Assembly (NCBI GenBank): GCA_963422265.1
Contig: OY729416.1
Span: forward strand, 1,696,001-1,760,000
Direction of reading: 5' to 3'
Length of the DNA: 64,000 nt
DNA from: Thermodesulfobacteriota bacterium
GTDB lineage: Bacteria; Desulfobacterota_D; UBA1144; Nemesobacterales; UBA2774
Shown here: positions 1 to 9,726 of the stretch, piece after piece
How positions within the stretch are numbered: the stretch's first letter is position 1
Layout of the letters: every line of letters starts with the position of its first letter
Translations under genes and position numbers: made by a program
Notes under the pieces: model-generated
What the model saw: the letters and a program-made list of their open reading frames with translations, nothing else
Told to the model about the DNA's origin: nothing
Database searches by the model: none

Positions 1-1732
1 GCGAGAGCTACATCAGTTCTTAAATTAACTAGTCCCACTAAATCATTGTGCGTGGAGACATCTAGATCGTCAGAGGCATCTACATCTCTGTTTGGTACGG
101 ACTGTTTCTCAGGAGCAGCAGAAACCGACACATCACTTAGATCGTCAGAGGCATCTATATCCCTGTTTGGTACGGACTGTTTCTCAGGAGCAGTAAAAAC
201 CGACACATCACTTAGATCATCAGGGGCATCTACATCCCTGTTTGGTACGGACTGTTTCTCAGGAGCAGCAGAAACCGACACATCACTTAGATCATCAGGG
301 GCATCTACATCCCTGTTTGGGACGGGCTGTTTCTCAGGAGCAGCAGAAACCGATATATCACTTAGATCGTTAGGGGCATCTACATCCCTGTTTGGGACGG
401 ACTGTTTCTCAGGAGCAGTAAAAACCGACACATCACTTAGATCATCAGGGGCATCTACATCCCTGTTTGGTACGGACTGTTTCTCAGGAGCAGCAGAAAC
501 CGACACATCACTTAGATCGTCAGAGGCATCTACATCCCTGTTTGGGACGGACTGTTTCTCAGGAGCAGTAAAAACCGACACATCACTTAGATCGTCAGAG
601 GCATCTATATCCCTGTTTGGGATGGGCTGTTTCTCAGGAGCAGCAGAAACCGACATATCACTTAGATCATCAGGGGCATCTACATCCCTGTTTGGTACGG
701 ACTGTTTCTCAGGAGCAGCAGAAACCGACACATCACTTAGATCGTCAGAGGCATCTACATCCCTGTTTGGGATGGGCTGTTTCTCAGGAGCAGCAGAAAC
801 CGACACATCACTTAGATCGTCAGAGGCATCTATATCTCTGTTTGGGACGGGCTGTTTCTCAGGAGCAGTAAAAACCGATATATCACTTAGATCGTCAGAG
901 GCATCTACATCCCTGTTTGGTACGGACTGTTTCTCAGGAGCAGCAGAAACCGACACATCACTTAGATCGTCAGAGGCATCTACATCCCTGTTTGGGATGG
1001 GCTGTTTCTCAGGAGCAGCAGAAACCGACACATCACTTAGATCGTCAGAGGCATCTATATCTCTGTTTGGGACGGGCTGTTTCTCAGGAGCAGCAGAAAC
1101 CGACACATCACTTAGATCGTCAGAGGCATCTATATCTCTGTTTGGGACGGGCTGTTTCTCAGGAGCAGCAGAAACCGACACATCACTTAGATCGTTAGGG
1201 GCATCTACATCCCTGTTTGGGACGGGCTGTTTCTCAGGAGCAGTAAAAACCGATATATCACTTAGATCGTCAGAGGCATCTACATCCCTGTTTGGGACGG
1301 ACTGTTTCTCAGGAGCAGCAGAAACCGATATATCACTTAGATCGTTAGGGGCATCTACATCCCTGTTTGGGACGGACTGTTTCTCAGGAGCAGTAAAAAC
1401 CGATATATCACTTAGATCGTCAGAGGCATCTACATCAGTAAATGTGTCCTGTTTGGGACGGACTGTTTCTCAGGAGCAGTAAAAACCGACACATCACTTA
1501 GATCGTTAGGGGCATCTACATCCCTGTTTGGGACGGACTGTTTCTCAGGAGCAGTAAAAACCGACACATCACTTAGATCGTCAGAGGCATCTATATCCCT
1601 GTTTGGGACGGGCTGTTTCTCAGGAGCAGCAGAAACCGACACATCACTTAGATCATCAGGGGCATCTACATCTCTGTTTGGGACGGGCTGTTTCTCAGGA
1701 GCAGCAAAAACCGACATATCACTTAGTTTCAT
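1..1732 (-). pseudogene. Repeat-rich protein (25-aa repeats like DVDASDDLSDVSVSAAPEKQSVPNR), frameshifted, 3' end beyond the window edge
   Basis: ATG at 1732 preceded by AGAGGAG. An 11-bp insertion (agtaaatgtgt, ~1437-1447) shifts the frame and gives a stop at 1430. The repeat frame resumes and stays open to position 1 (...DLDVSTHNDLVGLVNLRTDVAL). Confidence 0.7.
61..1726. repeat. Tandem repeat, 22 units of 75 bp
   Basis: Unit cttagatcgtcagaggcatctacatccctgtttgggacggactgtttctcaggagcagcagaaaccgacacatca recurs every 75 bp (61, 136, 211 ... 1411, then 1497, 1572, 1647). Confidence 0.97.
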
Positions 1733-1818
1733 GTTCTTGTAATCTCCTCTTTATTTTCTTCGTCGTTCGTAATATGGGTCGTTCGTAATATGGATTATAA
1801 AAAATTCCTTGCCGAACT

Positions 1819-2877
1819 TCAACCCTTAAAATAAGGTATGATCTCTTTAGCGTAGGTATCTAGTGCCTTATTGGGATCGGGGCTGAACCTATAGAAAAGC
1901 ACAAAATGCCTCACGCCCTTTTCAATGAACTTTTCAATCTTTTCTATGCAGTCCTTGGTAGAACCGGTAATAGTAAAATCCAGTATGGCTTCTCTAGGGA
2001 AAAACTGTCCAATCTGTCTGAATTTTTGTCGTCCCTCTTCATCCTGGGGGATAACGTTAAAGTAATTCAATCCATTATACTCTTCTGGAATATCTACGTC
2101 ATAACCTGCTTTTTTAAGCTGATCCTGCATAACGAGAACGTATTTGAACGGTTCCAAAGTCTCGTAAGCCTGATCGACGCTTTCCCCTAAAGAGGTAAAA
2201 ACCCAAAGGGCCGGATCTATCTCATCCATGCTCCGCCCTGCGTCCGTAGCGCCTTTTTCAATCTGCCCTAGATACTCGCCGTATAGATAAGGGTTTAAGT
2301 CAATCGGCATCCAGCCGTCACCTAGTTCACCCGTCAGCCTAAGGCCCTTTGGAGTGTGAGTAGCTATATACATCGGGATTCTGTTTCTCTTATAAGGCTT
2401 CACCTGTAAGAAGGCTTCTTTTAGATTAAAGAAGTCCCCTTCGTAATTGCAAGGACCCTCCGTCGCCCAGAGTTTCTGCATTACCATCATCGCCTCTCTC
2501 AACCTTCCGAGTGGTCTGTCCCAGTTTATCCCGTAGGCATCTAGATTCATAGACTCGCCAACTCCGAGAGTAAGGGTTACTCTACCTTTTGAAACATGGT
2601 CAATCGTGGCTAGTCTTTGCGCGAATACCGCAGGGTGCATTCTGTGCGGATCCGAGACCGTCCCCAAGCTAACGTTGCTTGTCCTCATAGCGGCCGCCGT
2701 AGCCACCGTCCACGCCTCGTGCGCCTCCGTAGGGGATACGAAAACGACGTGATCAGGAAACCAAACGGTATCAAAACCAAGCTCGTCCGCCTTTATGGAA
2801 AAGGCTATTAAACCATCTAAATCCGCCCCCGGCATAGGCGCTGATAACCCGAACCTTATATCTTTTCCCACTTTCAC
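1819..2877 (-). CDS. LLM-class (luciferase-like) flavin/F420-dependent oxidoreductase
   Basis: Motifs ADELGFDTVWFPDH, HPAVFAQRLATIDHVSKGR, LRLTGELGDGW. Confidence 0.9.
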   Translation of the reverse strand: MKVGKDIRFGLSAPMPGADLDGLIAFSIKADELGFDTVWFPDHVVFVSPTEAHEAWTVATAAAMRTSNVSLGTVSDPHRMHPAVFAQRLATIDHVSKGRVTLTLGVGESMNLDAYGINWDRPLGRLREAMMVMQKLWATEGPCNYEGDFFNLKEAFLQVKPYKRNRIPMYIATHTPKGLRLTGELGDGWMPIDLNPYLYGEYLGQIEKGATDAGRSMDEIDPALWVFTSLGESVDQAYETLEPFKYVLVMQDQLKKAGYDVDIPEEYNGLNYFNVIPQDEEGRQKFRQIGQFFPREAILDFTITGSTKDCIEKIEKFIEKGVRHFVLFYRFSPDPNKALDTYAKEIIPYFKG

Positions 2878-2990
2878 ACCTCACAGTTAGTTTGTGTCCC
2901 TGATTATAAACGCAATGATTGGAAAGCGCAAACCATAATTTTACAAGATGGACGTCTATACGTTATATTAAAATCTATATATTAAAATCT

Positions 2991-3761
2991 ATGAAAAAAA
3001 CGTTCCGAGACCTTGTAAATCTCGCAATGCACCTAAGAGGCCCCAATGGCTGTCCATGGGATAAGGAGCAGACGCTTGATACCCTCAAGTCTTACATAAT
3101 TGAAGAAGCGCATGAAGTAGTCCAAGCTATAGAGACTGAGGACAAAGATGAGATTATTGAAGAGCTAGGAGACCTTTTCTATGAAGTTCTCTTTGCGGCT
3201 CAGATTGCGGATGAGAATAAAGACTTCAGCATAGAAGACGTTATAGATAGGCTTTACAATAAATTGATCAGGCGACACCCGCACGTGTTCGGCGACGAGA
3301 GAGCGAAAGACGCGGAGGACGCCGTCCAGACGTGGCATCGGCAAAAACTAAAAGAAAAGTCGAGAAAAAGGAGCCTTCTCCGAATCCCGCGCACTATGCC
3401 TTCCTTGCTGCGTGCCGAGCGCGTGGGAGAGAAGGCTTCTCAGGTGGGTTTTGATTGGGATGGCATAGATGAGGTTATATCTAAAGTCAAGGAAGAGCTT
3501 TTTGAGTTGGAAGAAGAGATAACCCGCGCCGATTCTAAAGGAATAGAGAAGGAATGGGGAGACCTAGTTTTTTCTCTAGTAAATCTGGGCAGGCATCTAA
3601 AGATAGACGCCGAAGGTGCTACGCACAAGGCAATTGATGGCTTCATAAACAGATTCAGCAAAATTGAGGATCGAGCGGCGGAGCAAGGCAAACAATTATC
3701 CGATCTGTCGCTTGAAGATATGGATACGCTTTGGAATGAAGTTAAAAAAGAGAGTGCATAA
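2991..3761 (+). CDS. mazG: Nucleoside triphosphate pyrophosphohydrolase MazG
   Basis: LRGPNGCPWDKEQT, EELGDL, KLIRRHPHVF and a second domain EWGDLVF. ATG 2991 chosen as the start. Confidence 0.95.
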   Translation: MKKTFRDLVNLAMHLRGPNGCPWDKEQTLDTLKSYIIEEAHEVVQAIETEDKDEIIEELGDLFYEVLFAAQIADENKDFSIEDVIDRLYNKLIRRHPHVFGDERAKDAEDAVQTWHRQKLKEKSRKRSLLRIPRTMPSLLRAERVGEKASQVGFDWDGIDEVISKVKEELFELEEEITRADSKGIEKEWGDLVFSLVNLGRHLKIDAEGATHKAIDGFINRFSKIEDRAAEQGKQLSDLSLEDMDTLWNEVKKESA

Positions 3762-3824
3762 ACCCGTAGTTTATACACTCTCGGAAACAGGGGCATATTA
3801 TAAAAAGAAGCTCACGCCATTCTA

Positions 3825-5720
3825 CTAAAGCCTTATTGATAGCCCGCTTATAAAATTAAGTCCAGGGCTTGAGTATCCAAAGACTTCTTCATAATCGCTA
3901 TTGAAAAGATTGTCGACCCTCGCAAACGCCCTTGCATCTTTTAGATATGGAAACCTTAAATTTAGCTTATAGCTCGTGGCTAAATCAGCCTTAAAATACC
4001 CGTCGTTTTTCACCCTTGTGAACGTCTTAAAATTCGTATCTTGGCGGTCTCCAACGTAGATTCCCGCCAAGTTCAAATTGAAATCGCCAAGCGAATAGTT
4101 CGCCGTAAAAGATGATGAATGCTTAACCCTTCTTATTAGCTTCGCTCTATTGAAATCTAGATAAGTGTAGTTAGCTCCCAGCGTTACACCCTTACCGAGA
4201 TTAAAATCTCCGCCGATCTCTAAGCCCTTTGTTTTAACCTTGTCTATATTGTCATAATTAGTTCCATTGGCAAAATTGCCATATTCTATCAAATTCTCAA
4301 ACCTGTTCCAAAAATAGGTAAAGCGAAGCTCCAGGGCATCATTAAACAAGACCTGATCTATGCCGACTTCGGCACTCAACGACTCTTCGGGTTTAAGCTT
4401 AGGATTGCCTTTAGACCACATACTATCAAAGTTCTCAAGAAACATCGGCTGTCTGATACCCTTTCCTACCGCCGCTCTCAGCCTCGTCCCATAGTCTTTA
4501 AGTAAATAAGACAGTGAAGCGGTCGGGCTGATCTCCTCTCCATACTTTTCATTATCATCAAGCCTTGCACCCGCCGTAATAAAAAATCTTTCGTAAAAGC
4601 CAAACTGCACTTGAAAGTAATACGCGCGGTTTCGTCTTGACTTGTCAATTCGGTTGCTGCCATCATAATCTTCGTTCTCATATTCAAAGCCTATGGTAGT
4701 AACAGCCGAAACTTCCTCTGCTAAGTCAAAGAAGAGGTTTGATCTGTAATCAATCGTCCATCTTTTTTGCTTAGTCTTAGAATTATAAGGCCAGTCTCCC
4801 TCGTAACTCTTCGGATTTTCTATATTTAACTTTTCTCTCGCAAATCCAAGAGCGAATACGTTTTCCCACCAACTAGCTAAATTATATGATGTGTTAGCCC
4901 CCAAAGCTAAAGTCTTATTTCTTGTAAACTGCTCGGGATCAAGCTTGTTATCCAACCTATCCCCCGATCCCTTCGTAGGAAATTCAAACTCAGAGTCGCG
5001 ATAGACGGCAGTAAAATCAAGCTTCAGGTCCTCATCAGGGCTTAAGTTGAAGGAACCTGTGTAACCATTGTTTGTATAATCGTTATTAAAATCTAGAATT
5101 CCCCCGTCGCTCACCCTCGCATAGGACAGAAAGTAGCCGTATCGCTTGTCCCCACCCGAAAAACTGGCTTCGTATTCTTGCACTAGGCTCCCTTCTTCTC
5201 TTGCTCCAAGTGCTCCTGACAAGTAAACGCTAGGCTCACCACTGCCCTTCTTGGTAATTACATTAACTACCGAAGTTATAGCGTCCGACCCATAAATGGC
5301 GGAGTGAGGACCCTTTATTATCTCCACCCTATCTACGTTTTCCTTAGTAAGGCTAGAGAAGTTAAAAGCCCCTTCGGGATTGCTTACCTGAATACCATCT
5401 ATCAAAACAAGATTGTAATCGCTCTCCCCACCCCTTGTAAATAAAGCATTAGTATTCGACCCGCGACTTCCAGTCTGCACTACGTTCAGCCCCGCAACCC
5501 TTTCTAACACGTCTATCAAGTCCGTTGAACCGCTTCTTTCAATCTCTTCTGCAGTGATAACCTCTACCGACATACCCAAACGTTCTGACTCCATCGGAAC
5601 CTTAGTAGCGGTAACTACTACTTCCTTGAGCATCTCTATCTCTTTGGATAAAGAAGTTACTGAAAGGAACAAAAGTAATAATGGAAAAACAGAGAGTAAA
5701 CTCCCGTTGAAAAGCCACAT
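3825..5720 (-). CDS. btuB: TonB-dependent receptor, probably for cobalamin (BtuB-like)
   Basis: TonB box EVVVTAT, plug motifs LVLIDG and VEIIKGPHSAIYGSDA, C-terminal DNLFN; cobalamin riboswitch directly upstream. Confidence 0.85.
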   Translation of the reverse strand: MWLFNGSLLSVFPLLLLFLSVTSLSKEIEMLKEVVVTATKVPMESERLGMSVEVITAEEIERSGSTDLIDVLERVAGLNVVQTGSRGSNTNALFTRGGESDYNLVLIDGIQVSNPEGAFNFSSLTKENVDRVEIIKGPHSAIYGSDAITSVVNVITKKGSGEPSVYLSGALGAREEGSLVQEYEASFSGGDKRYGYFLSYARVSDGGILDFNNDYTNNGYTGSFNLSPDEDLKLDFTAVYRDSEFEFPTKGSGDRLDNKLDPEQFTRNKTLALGANTSYNLASWWENVFALGFAREKLNIENPKSYEGDWPYNSKTKQKRWTIDYRSNLFFDLAEEVSAVTTIGFEYENEDYDGSNRIDKSRRNRAYYFQVQFGFYERFFITAGARLDDNEKYGEEISPTASLSYLLKDYGTRLRAAVGKGIRQPMFLENFDSMWSKGNPKLKPEESLSAEVGIDQVLFNDALELRFTYFWNRFENLIEYGNFANGTNYDNIDKVKTKGLEIGGDFNLGKGVTLGANYTYLDFNRAKLIRRVKHSSSFTANYSLGDFNLNLAGIYVGDRQDTNFKTFTRVKNDGYFKADLATSYKLNLRFPYLKDARAFARVDNLFNSDYEEVFGYSSPGLNFISGLSIRL

Positions 5721-5787
5721 AACCCTACCTCCCGAGGTGATAATTTGGCTTACTATATGGGCTTACTATATGGGCTTACTACTTATG

Positions 5788-6022
5788 TAGGTAGGTCTTC
5801 CGACTTAAAGGACATAAATCTTTGAACAAGCCTTCCCGGTTATTAACCAGTGACCTGAAGTTAAATGAATTAACCTCACTTAAGGTTCAAAGATTCGCCT
5901 AACTAAGGCAATTCTTTATTACAACAATTCCTCAGATTATAGCGACCCTCATTACGGCTGCGGGTACAGTTCAGGCTTCTCACCTGATTCCCTTAACCTA
6001 TAAGTAGAGATTCAACCTACTT
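5788..6022 (-). promoter_or_regulatory. Cobalamin (B12) riboswitch
   Basis: Minus strand reads AAGGGAAtcaGGTGagAAgCCtgaACtGtaCCCGCAgCcGTAA ... gtCACTGgt..ccGGGAAGgc ... AAGTCgGAAGACCTaCC, the conserved B12-element boxes in order, upstream of a TonB receptor. Confidence 0.92.
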
Positions 6023-6049
6023 GCTAAAGTCGCGGTTGTCAAATCTATA

Positions 6050-6360
6050 CCTTTAGGCAGTGGATAAGTTCACAGGGGTCGCCCCTACAAATAAACAAGC
6101 AAATCCACCCTAACCCTCCTTTACAAAAGGAGGGGAATATCCTTTCTAACTCCTGAACCTGTCGAAGGGTGAGGCGCAACCGAGAAATCTTGTCTTTTCC
6201 CCCTCTCCCCCGGTTGCGGTATCCCTGAGCCTGTCGAACCAGGGAGAGGGATACAGGGGGATTTGATAGGGCATCGGGGAACAAAAGCCATTCCCTGCCA
6301 CCGGCCCGCCCCCGTAGTCTTTTGAGCGGGGAACTGGAAATCCGGTCTCTTCACTTCCCC
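6050..6360. repeat. Intergenic mosaic of palindromic REP-like modules
   Basis: Contains gggtcgcccctac, ccctccttttacaaaaggaggg, cctgaacctgtcgaagg and gggggatttgatag, all repeated elsewhere in the window. Confidence 0.85.
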
Positions 6361-6497
6361 TTTAGTATCGCAATAGAATAATAGGAATGTAAAATATACG
6401 TTAAAATACCGGGCTAACCCATGCCAATGGTGAAGGCGCGTTCCTACATAAATGGGCGCATGGAGGCAAATAGCGTTTGCGAACGTAATTAAGAACT

Positions 6498-7913
6498 ATG
6501 AAAAAGATTATTAAGCTCAAACCTATGCGGAGCAAGATTTTCGATGCGGCGAAAGAAGTAGTCGTCAAACTAAGGCAAGCAGGACACAGGGCGTTCTGCG
6601 TCGGTGGATGCGCCAGGGATATGATTATAGGAGTAGCTCCCGCTGAATACGACGTAACAACAAGCGCAACGCCCAAAGAAATCTCTCAAATATTTCCGAA
6701 CACCTTTCCAATTGGGGTTAGTTTCGGGGTCGTTTTAGTAATTTTAGACGATCCTTCGGCAAGCTCAGGACACCGTTATAAATTCGAGGTCGCCACGTTT
6801 AGAAGAGACCACGGCTATTCAGACGGAAGACGCCCCGACTTAGTCACTTACAGCGATAATGAAAAAGAGGACGTTTTGAGAAGAGATTTTACGATAAATG
6901 GAATGCTTTACGATCCAGTAAAAGAAGAGCTGATTGACTACGTAAACGGGATTGAGGACGTTGGGAATAGAGTGCTTAGGACGATAGGAGACCCGAACGA
7001 GCGTTTCACGGAAGACAAGCTTCGCATGATGCGAGCGGTAAGGTTCGGAGCTAGATACAAATTCTCAATAGAAAAGGACGCTTTTGAGGCTATCAAAGAG
7101 CTTGCCCCCCAGATACGACAGGTTAGCAAGGAAAGGGTAAGGGACGAACTGGTAAAAATCGTTACGCAAGCAAATCCGGGCTTTGGACTCGAACTTCTCA
7201 GGCAAAGTGGCATCTTGGCATACATACTGCCGGAGGCAAACAAAATGAGCGGAGTCGAGCAACCGCCGGAATTTCATCCCGAGGGGGACGTATTCGTCCA
7301 CACCTGCCTTGTCCTTGATAAACTACATGAAAACGCGGGAGGCGATGTATCCCCAGAACTCGCGGTTGGAGGTCTTCTTCACGACGTGGGCAAGCCCCCT
7401 ACTTTTTCCGTTTCCGACCGTATCAGGTTTAACGGACACGACAGAGTAGGCGCCGAGATGTCTAAACGAATAATGAGGGAGCTTAAATTCCCGAACAAGC
7501 AGATAGACGTTGTCCATTCCCTTGTCCGTGAGCATCTTAAATTCAAAGACGTATTCAAGATGCGCAAGAGCACTCTTAAGCGCTTCATAGGTATGCCACA
7601 TTTTGAAGACCATATGGCGCTTCATCTGGCGGATTGCCTTGCGAGTCATGGCATAACCGACGCGCACAGCTTCGCCTTAAAAGCCCTTTCAGAGCTGAAA
7701 GAGGACGAAATCAAACCCAAGCCTCTGCTTAGCGGGAAAGACTTGATAAACATGGGATACTCACCGGGACCCATATTTTCGGATATTCTCAGCTTAGTAG
7801 AAGAGGGTCAACTAGAGGGAGAGATCAAGAGCAAATCGGAAGCCGAGCGTATAGTAGTGGAAACGCATCCGTTGGGAAAAAGTGAGAAAGGAGAAGAGGC
7901 GCTACCGGAATAG
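6498..7913 (+). CDS. cca: CCA tRNA nucleotidyltransferase with HD domain
   Basis: VGGCARD, EYDVTT, RRDFTING, EDKLRMMRAVRF, HPEGDVFVHT, LLHDVGKP. Confidence 0.93.
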   Translation: MKKIIKLKPMRSKIFDAAKEVVVKLRQAGHRAFCVGGCARDMIIGVAPAEYDVTTSATPKEISQIFPNTFPIGVSFGVVLVILDDPSASSGHRYKFEVATFRRDHGYSDGRRPDLVTYSDNEKEDVLRRDFTINGMLYDPVKEELIDYVNGIEDVGNRVLRTIGDPNERFTEDKLRMMRAVRFGARYKFSIEKDAFEAIKELAPQIRQVSKERVRDELVKIVTQANPGFGLELLRQSGILAYILPEANKMSGVEQPPEFHPEGDVFVHTCLVLDKLHENAGGDVSPELAVGGLLHDVGKPPTFSVSDRIRFNGHDRVGAEMSKRIMRELKFPNKQIDVVHSLVREHLKFKDVFKMRKSTLKRFIGMPHFEDHMALHLADCLASHGITDAHSFALKALSELKEDEIKPKPLLSGKDLINMGYSPGPIFSDILSLVEEGQLEGEIKSKSEAERIVVETHPLGKSEKGEEALPE

Positions 7914-7938
7914 CAAGAGCTCTCTTGGCGTAATTCGC

Positions 7939-8937
7939 TTATATAACCTCTTCTCTCTTTGCCTTAACCATCAGCCATAAGAAGAAAACCCCGCCAAGCA
8001 AAGCCGTTATTATTCCAACAGGGATTTCTACGGGCGCTATGACGGTTCTCGCCACCGTATCTGCCGCCGTTAAAAATGATGCGCCCAAGAGAAACGAGCA
8101 AGGAACGACAAACCTGTTATCAGACCCCAATACCATCCTAATTAGGTGTGGTATAATCAGTCCTATGAAAGCGATTGGTCCTGTTACTGATATAATCGCG
8201 CTTGCGGCGAGCGAGGTTGCAAAATAGATTTTTTTCTCCACCCTTTGGACCGAGACGCCAAGCGAAGAGGCTACGTCTTCTCCCAGTCCAAGCAAGTTCA
8301 TGTCCCTCGTAACCGAAATAATTATAAAACAGCCAGGAATTACTAATATTAGCGCTTTCCAGACTGACTCAAAGCCTACGACGTCAAGGCTCCCCATCAC
8401 CCACCTCATGGATTGAATCGACTCGGAGAAGCTTGAGAAAAACTGTATAAACAGCACAAGTGCCGAAAAAAGGAAGTTCACCACTACTCCCGCTAAAAGC
8501 AACCTTCCCGTCACTACTACGCCGCCTACCCTTGACATCGAATATATGAACATCATGGTGATCAACGAAAAAGCGAAGGCAGTTATAGAAACCATGGAAA
8601 ATCCGAGATACCCGGCTCCAAGACCTAGCCTTACGGCAATTAGCGCCCCCGCCGAAGCGCCGCCGGATATTCCAAGGGTAAAAGGCGAAGCGAGGGGATT
8701 TCTAAAGAGTGCCTGAAGCGCGGCGCCCGTTAGGGCCAGCGTTCCTCCGGCCAGCGTAGCCATAAGAACTCTTGGAAGCCTGATCTGGAATAAAACTGTC
8801 TTAGCAAACTCATCTTTTAGGATGGATTCAATTGAACCTAAATCGTAAGCACCTGTAAAAACGCCGATAGCCGCTACGATAAGCCAAATAACAAAAAGAA
8901 GGCTAATTGAGATTACGTATTTTTTTCTTGCGTTCAA
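7939..8937 (-). CDS. FecCD/BtuC family ABC transporter permease
   Basis: IRLPR, QALFRNPLASP, LGEDVASSLG, GPIAFIGLIIPH, EIPVGIITALLG. Confidence 0.9.
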   Translation of the reverse strand: MNARKKYVISISLLFVIWLIVAAIGVFTGAYDLGSIESILKDEFAKTVLFQIRLPRVLMATLAGGTLALTGAALQALFRNPLASPFTLGISGGASAGALIAVRLGLGAGYLGFSMVSITAFAFSLITMMFIYSMSRVGGVVVTGRLLLAGVVVNFLFSALVLFIQFFSSFSESIQSMRWVMGSLDVVGFESVWKALILVIPGCFIIISVTRDMNLLGLGEDVASSLGVSVQRVEKKIYFATSLAASAIISVTGPIAFIGLIIPHLIRMVLGSDNRFVVPCSFLLGASFLTAADTVARTVIAPVEIPVGIITALLGGVFFLWLMVKAKREEVI

Positions 8938-9030
8938 AGCTACCCTTTACTTTACTAGACAATCTAGTTTGTTAAAATATACGCGCCTGTGCAAACAGGT
9001 AAACGCAACTTTTATTTGAGGAGACGGAAA

Positions 9031-9690
9031 ATGAAAATAGCTTTATTAGGTGGAACTGGCGATATTGCGGAAGGACTTGTTCTAAGATGGTCTAAAGCCG
9101 GGCACGAGATTTTTATAGGATCAAGAAGTGATGAAAAGGCAAAGTCCATAGCCTCTGAATATATTGAGAAGCTTTCTGATCTAGGAATAGAATCCAAGAT
9201 CAGCGGAATGCCTAACGCCGATGCAGCGAGGGCGGCGGAGGTGGTAATAATAAGCATCCCTCCAGAATATGCAGCTTCTACGGTTAGTCAGATCAAGGAT
9301 AGCTTTACAGACCAAATCGTAGTAACCCCAGTGGTTTCTATGGAAAGACAGAAGGATAAGAGTTTCATATTCAATCCACCTCCTCAGGGATCCTCGGCGT
9401 TAGAGATTAAAGAGGTGCTTCCTGAAACGGCAAGGCTAGTTTCCGCTTATCACAACCTTCCAGCTAAGGAACTAAGCAAGGTAGAGGAGAACCTTGATTA
9501 CGACGTTGTAATATGCGGGGACGATGATGAGGCGAAGCAAGTAGTGAAAAGGCTGACCGAAGATATGCCCACCATGAGGGTTTTGGACGCCGGGCCACTT
9601 AAGCTGTCTTCAATGATAGAGGCTATTACACCCCTTATCGTCAACCTAAACGTCCGATACAAAAGCCATTTTTCAGTTAAATTTACCTAG
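9031..9690 (+). CDS. npdG: NADPH-dependent F420 reductase (F420H2:NADP+ oxidoreductase)
   Basis: MKIALLGGTG, IGSRSDEKA, VSAYHNLPA, DVVICGDD, DAGPL; GAGGAG upstream of ATG 9031. Confidence 0.88.
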   Translation: MKIALLGGTGDIAEGLVLRWSKAGHEIFIGSRSDEKAKSIASEYIEKLSDLGIESKISGMPNADAARAAEVVIISIPPEYAASTVSQIKDSFTDQIVVTPVVSMERQKDKSFIFNPPPQGSSALEIKEVLPETARLVSAYHNLPAKELSKVEENLDYDVVICGDDDEAKQVVKRLTEDMPTMRVLDAGPLKLSSMIEAITPLIVNLNVRYKSHFSVKFT

Positions 9691-9726
9691 TAGCTACAAC
9701 GGAGTTTGCGCTGAATTTGTTTCAGG

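Noticed and set aside
46-1482. 478-aa plus-strand ORF
   Set aside because: Antisense shadow of the 75-bp repeat; the minus-strand frame has the RBS and ATG and continues into unique sequence.
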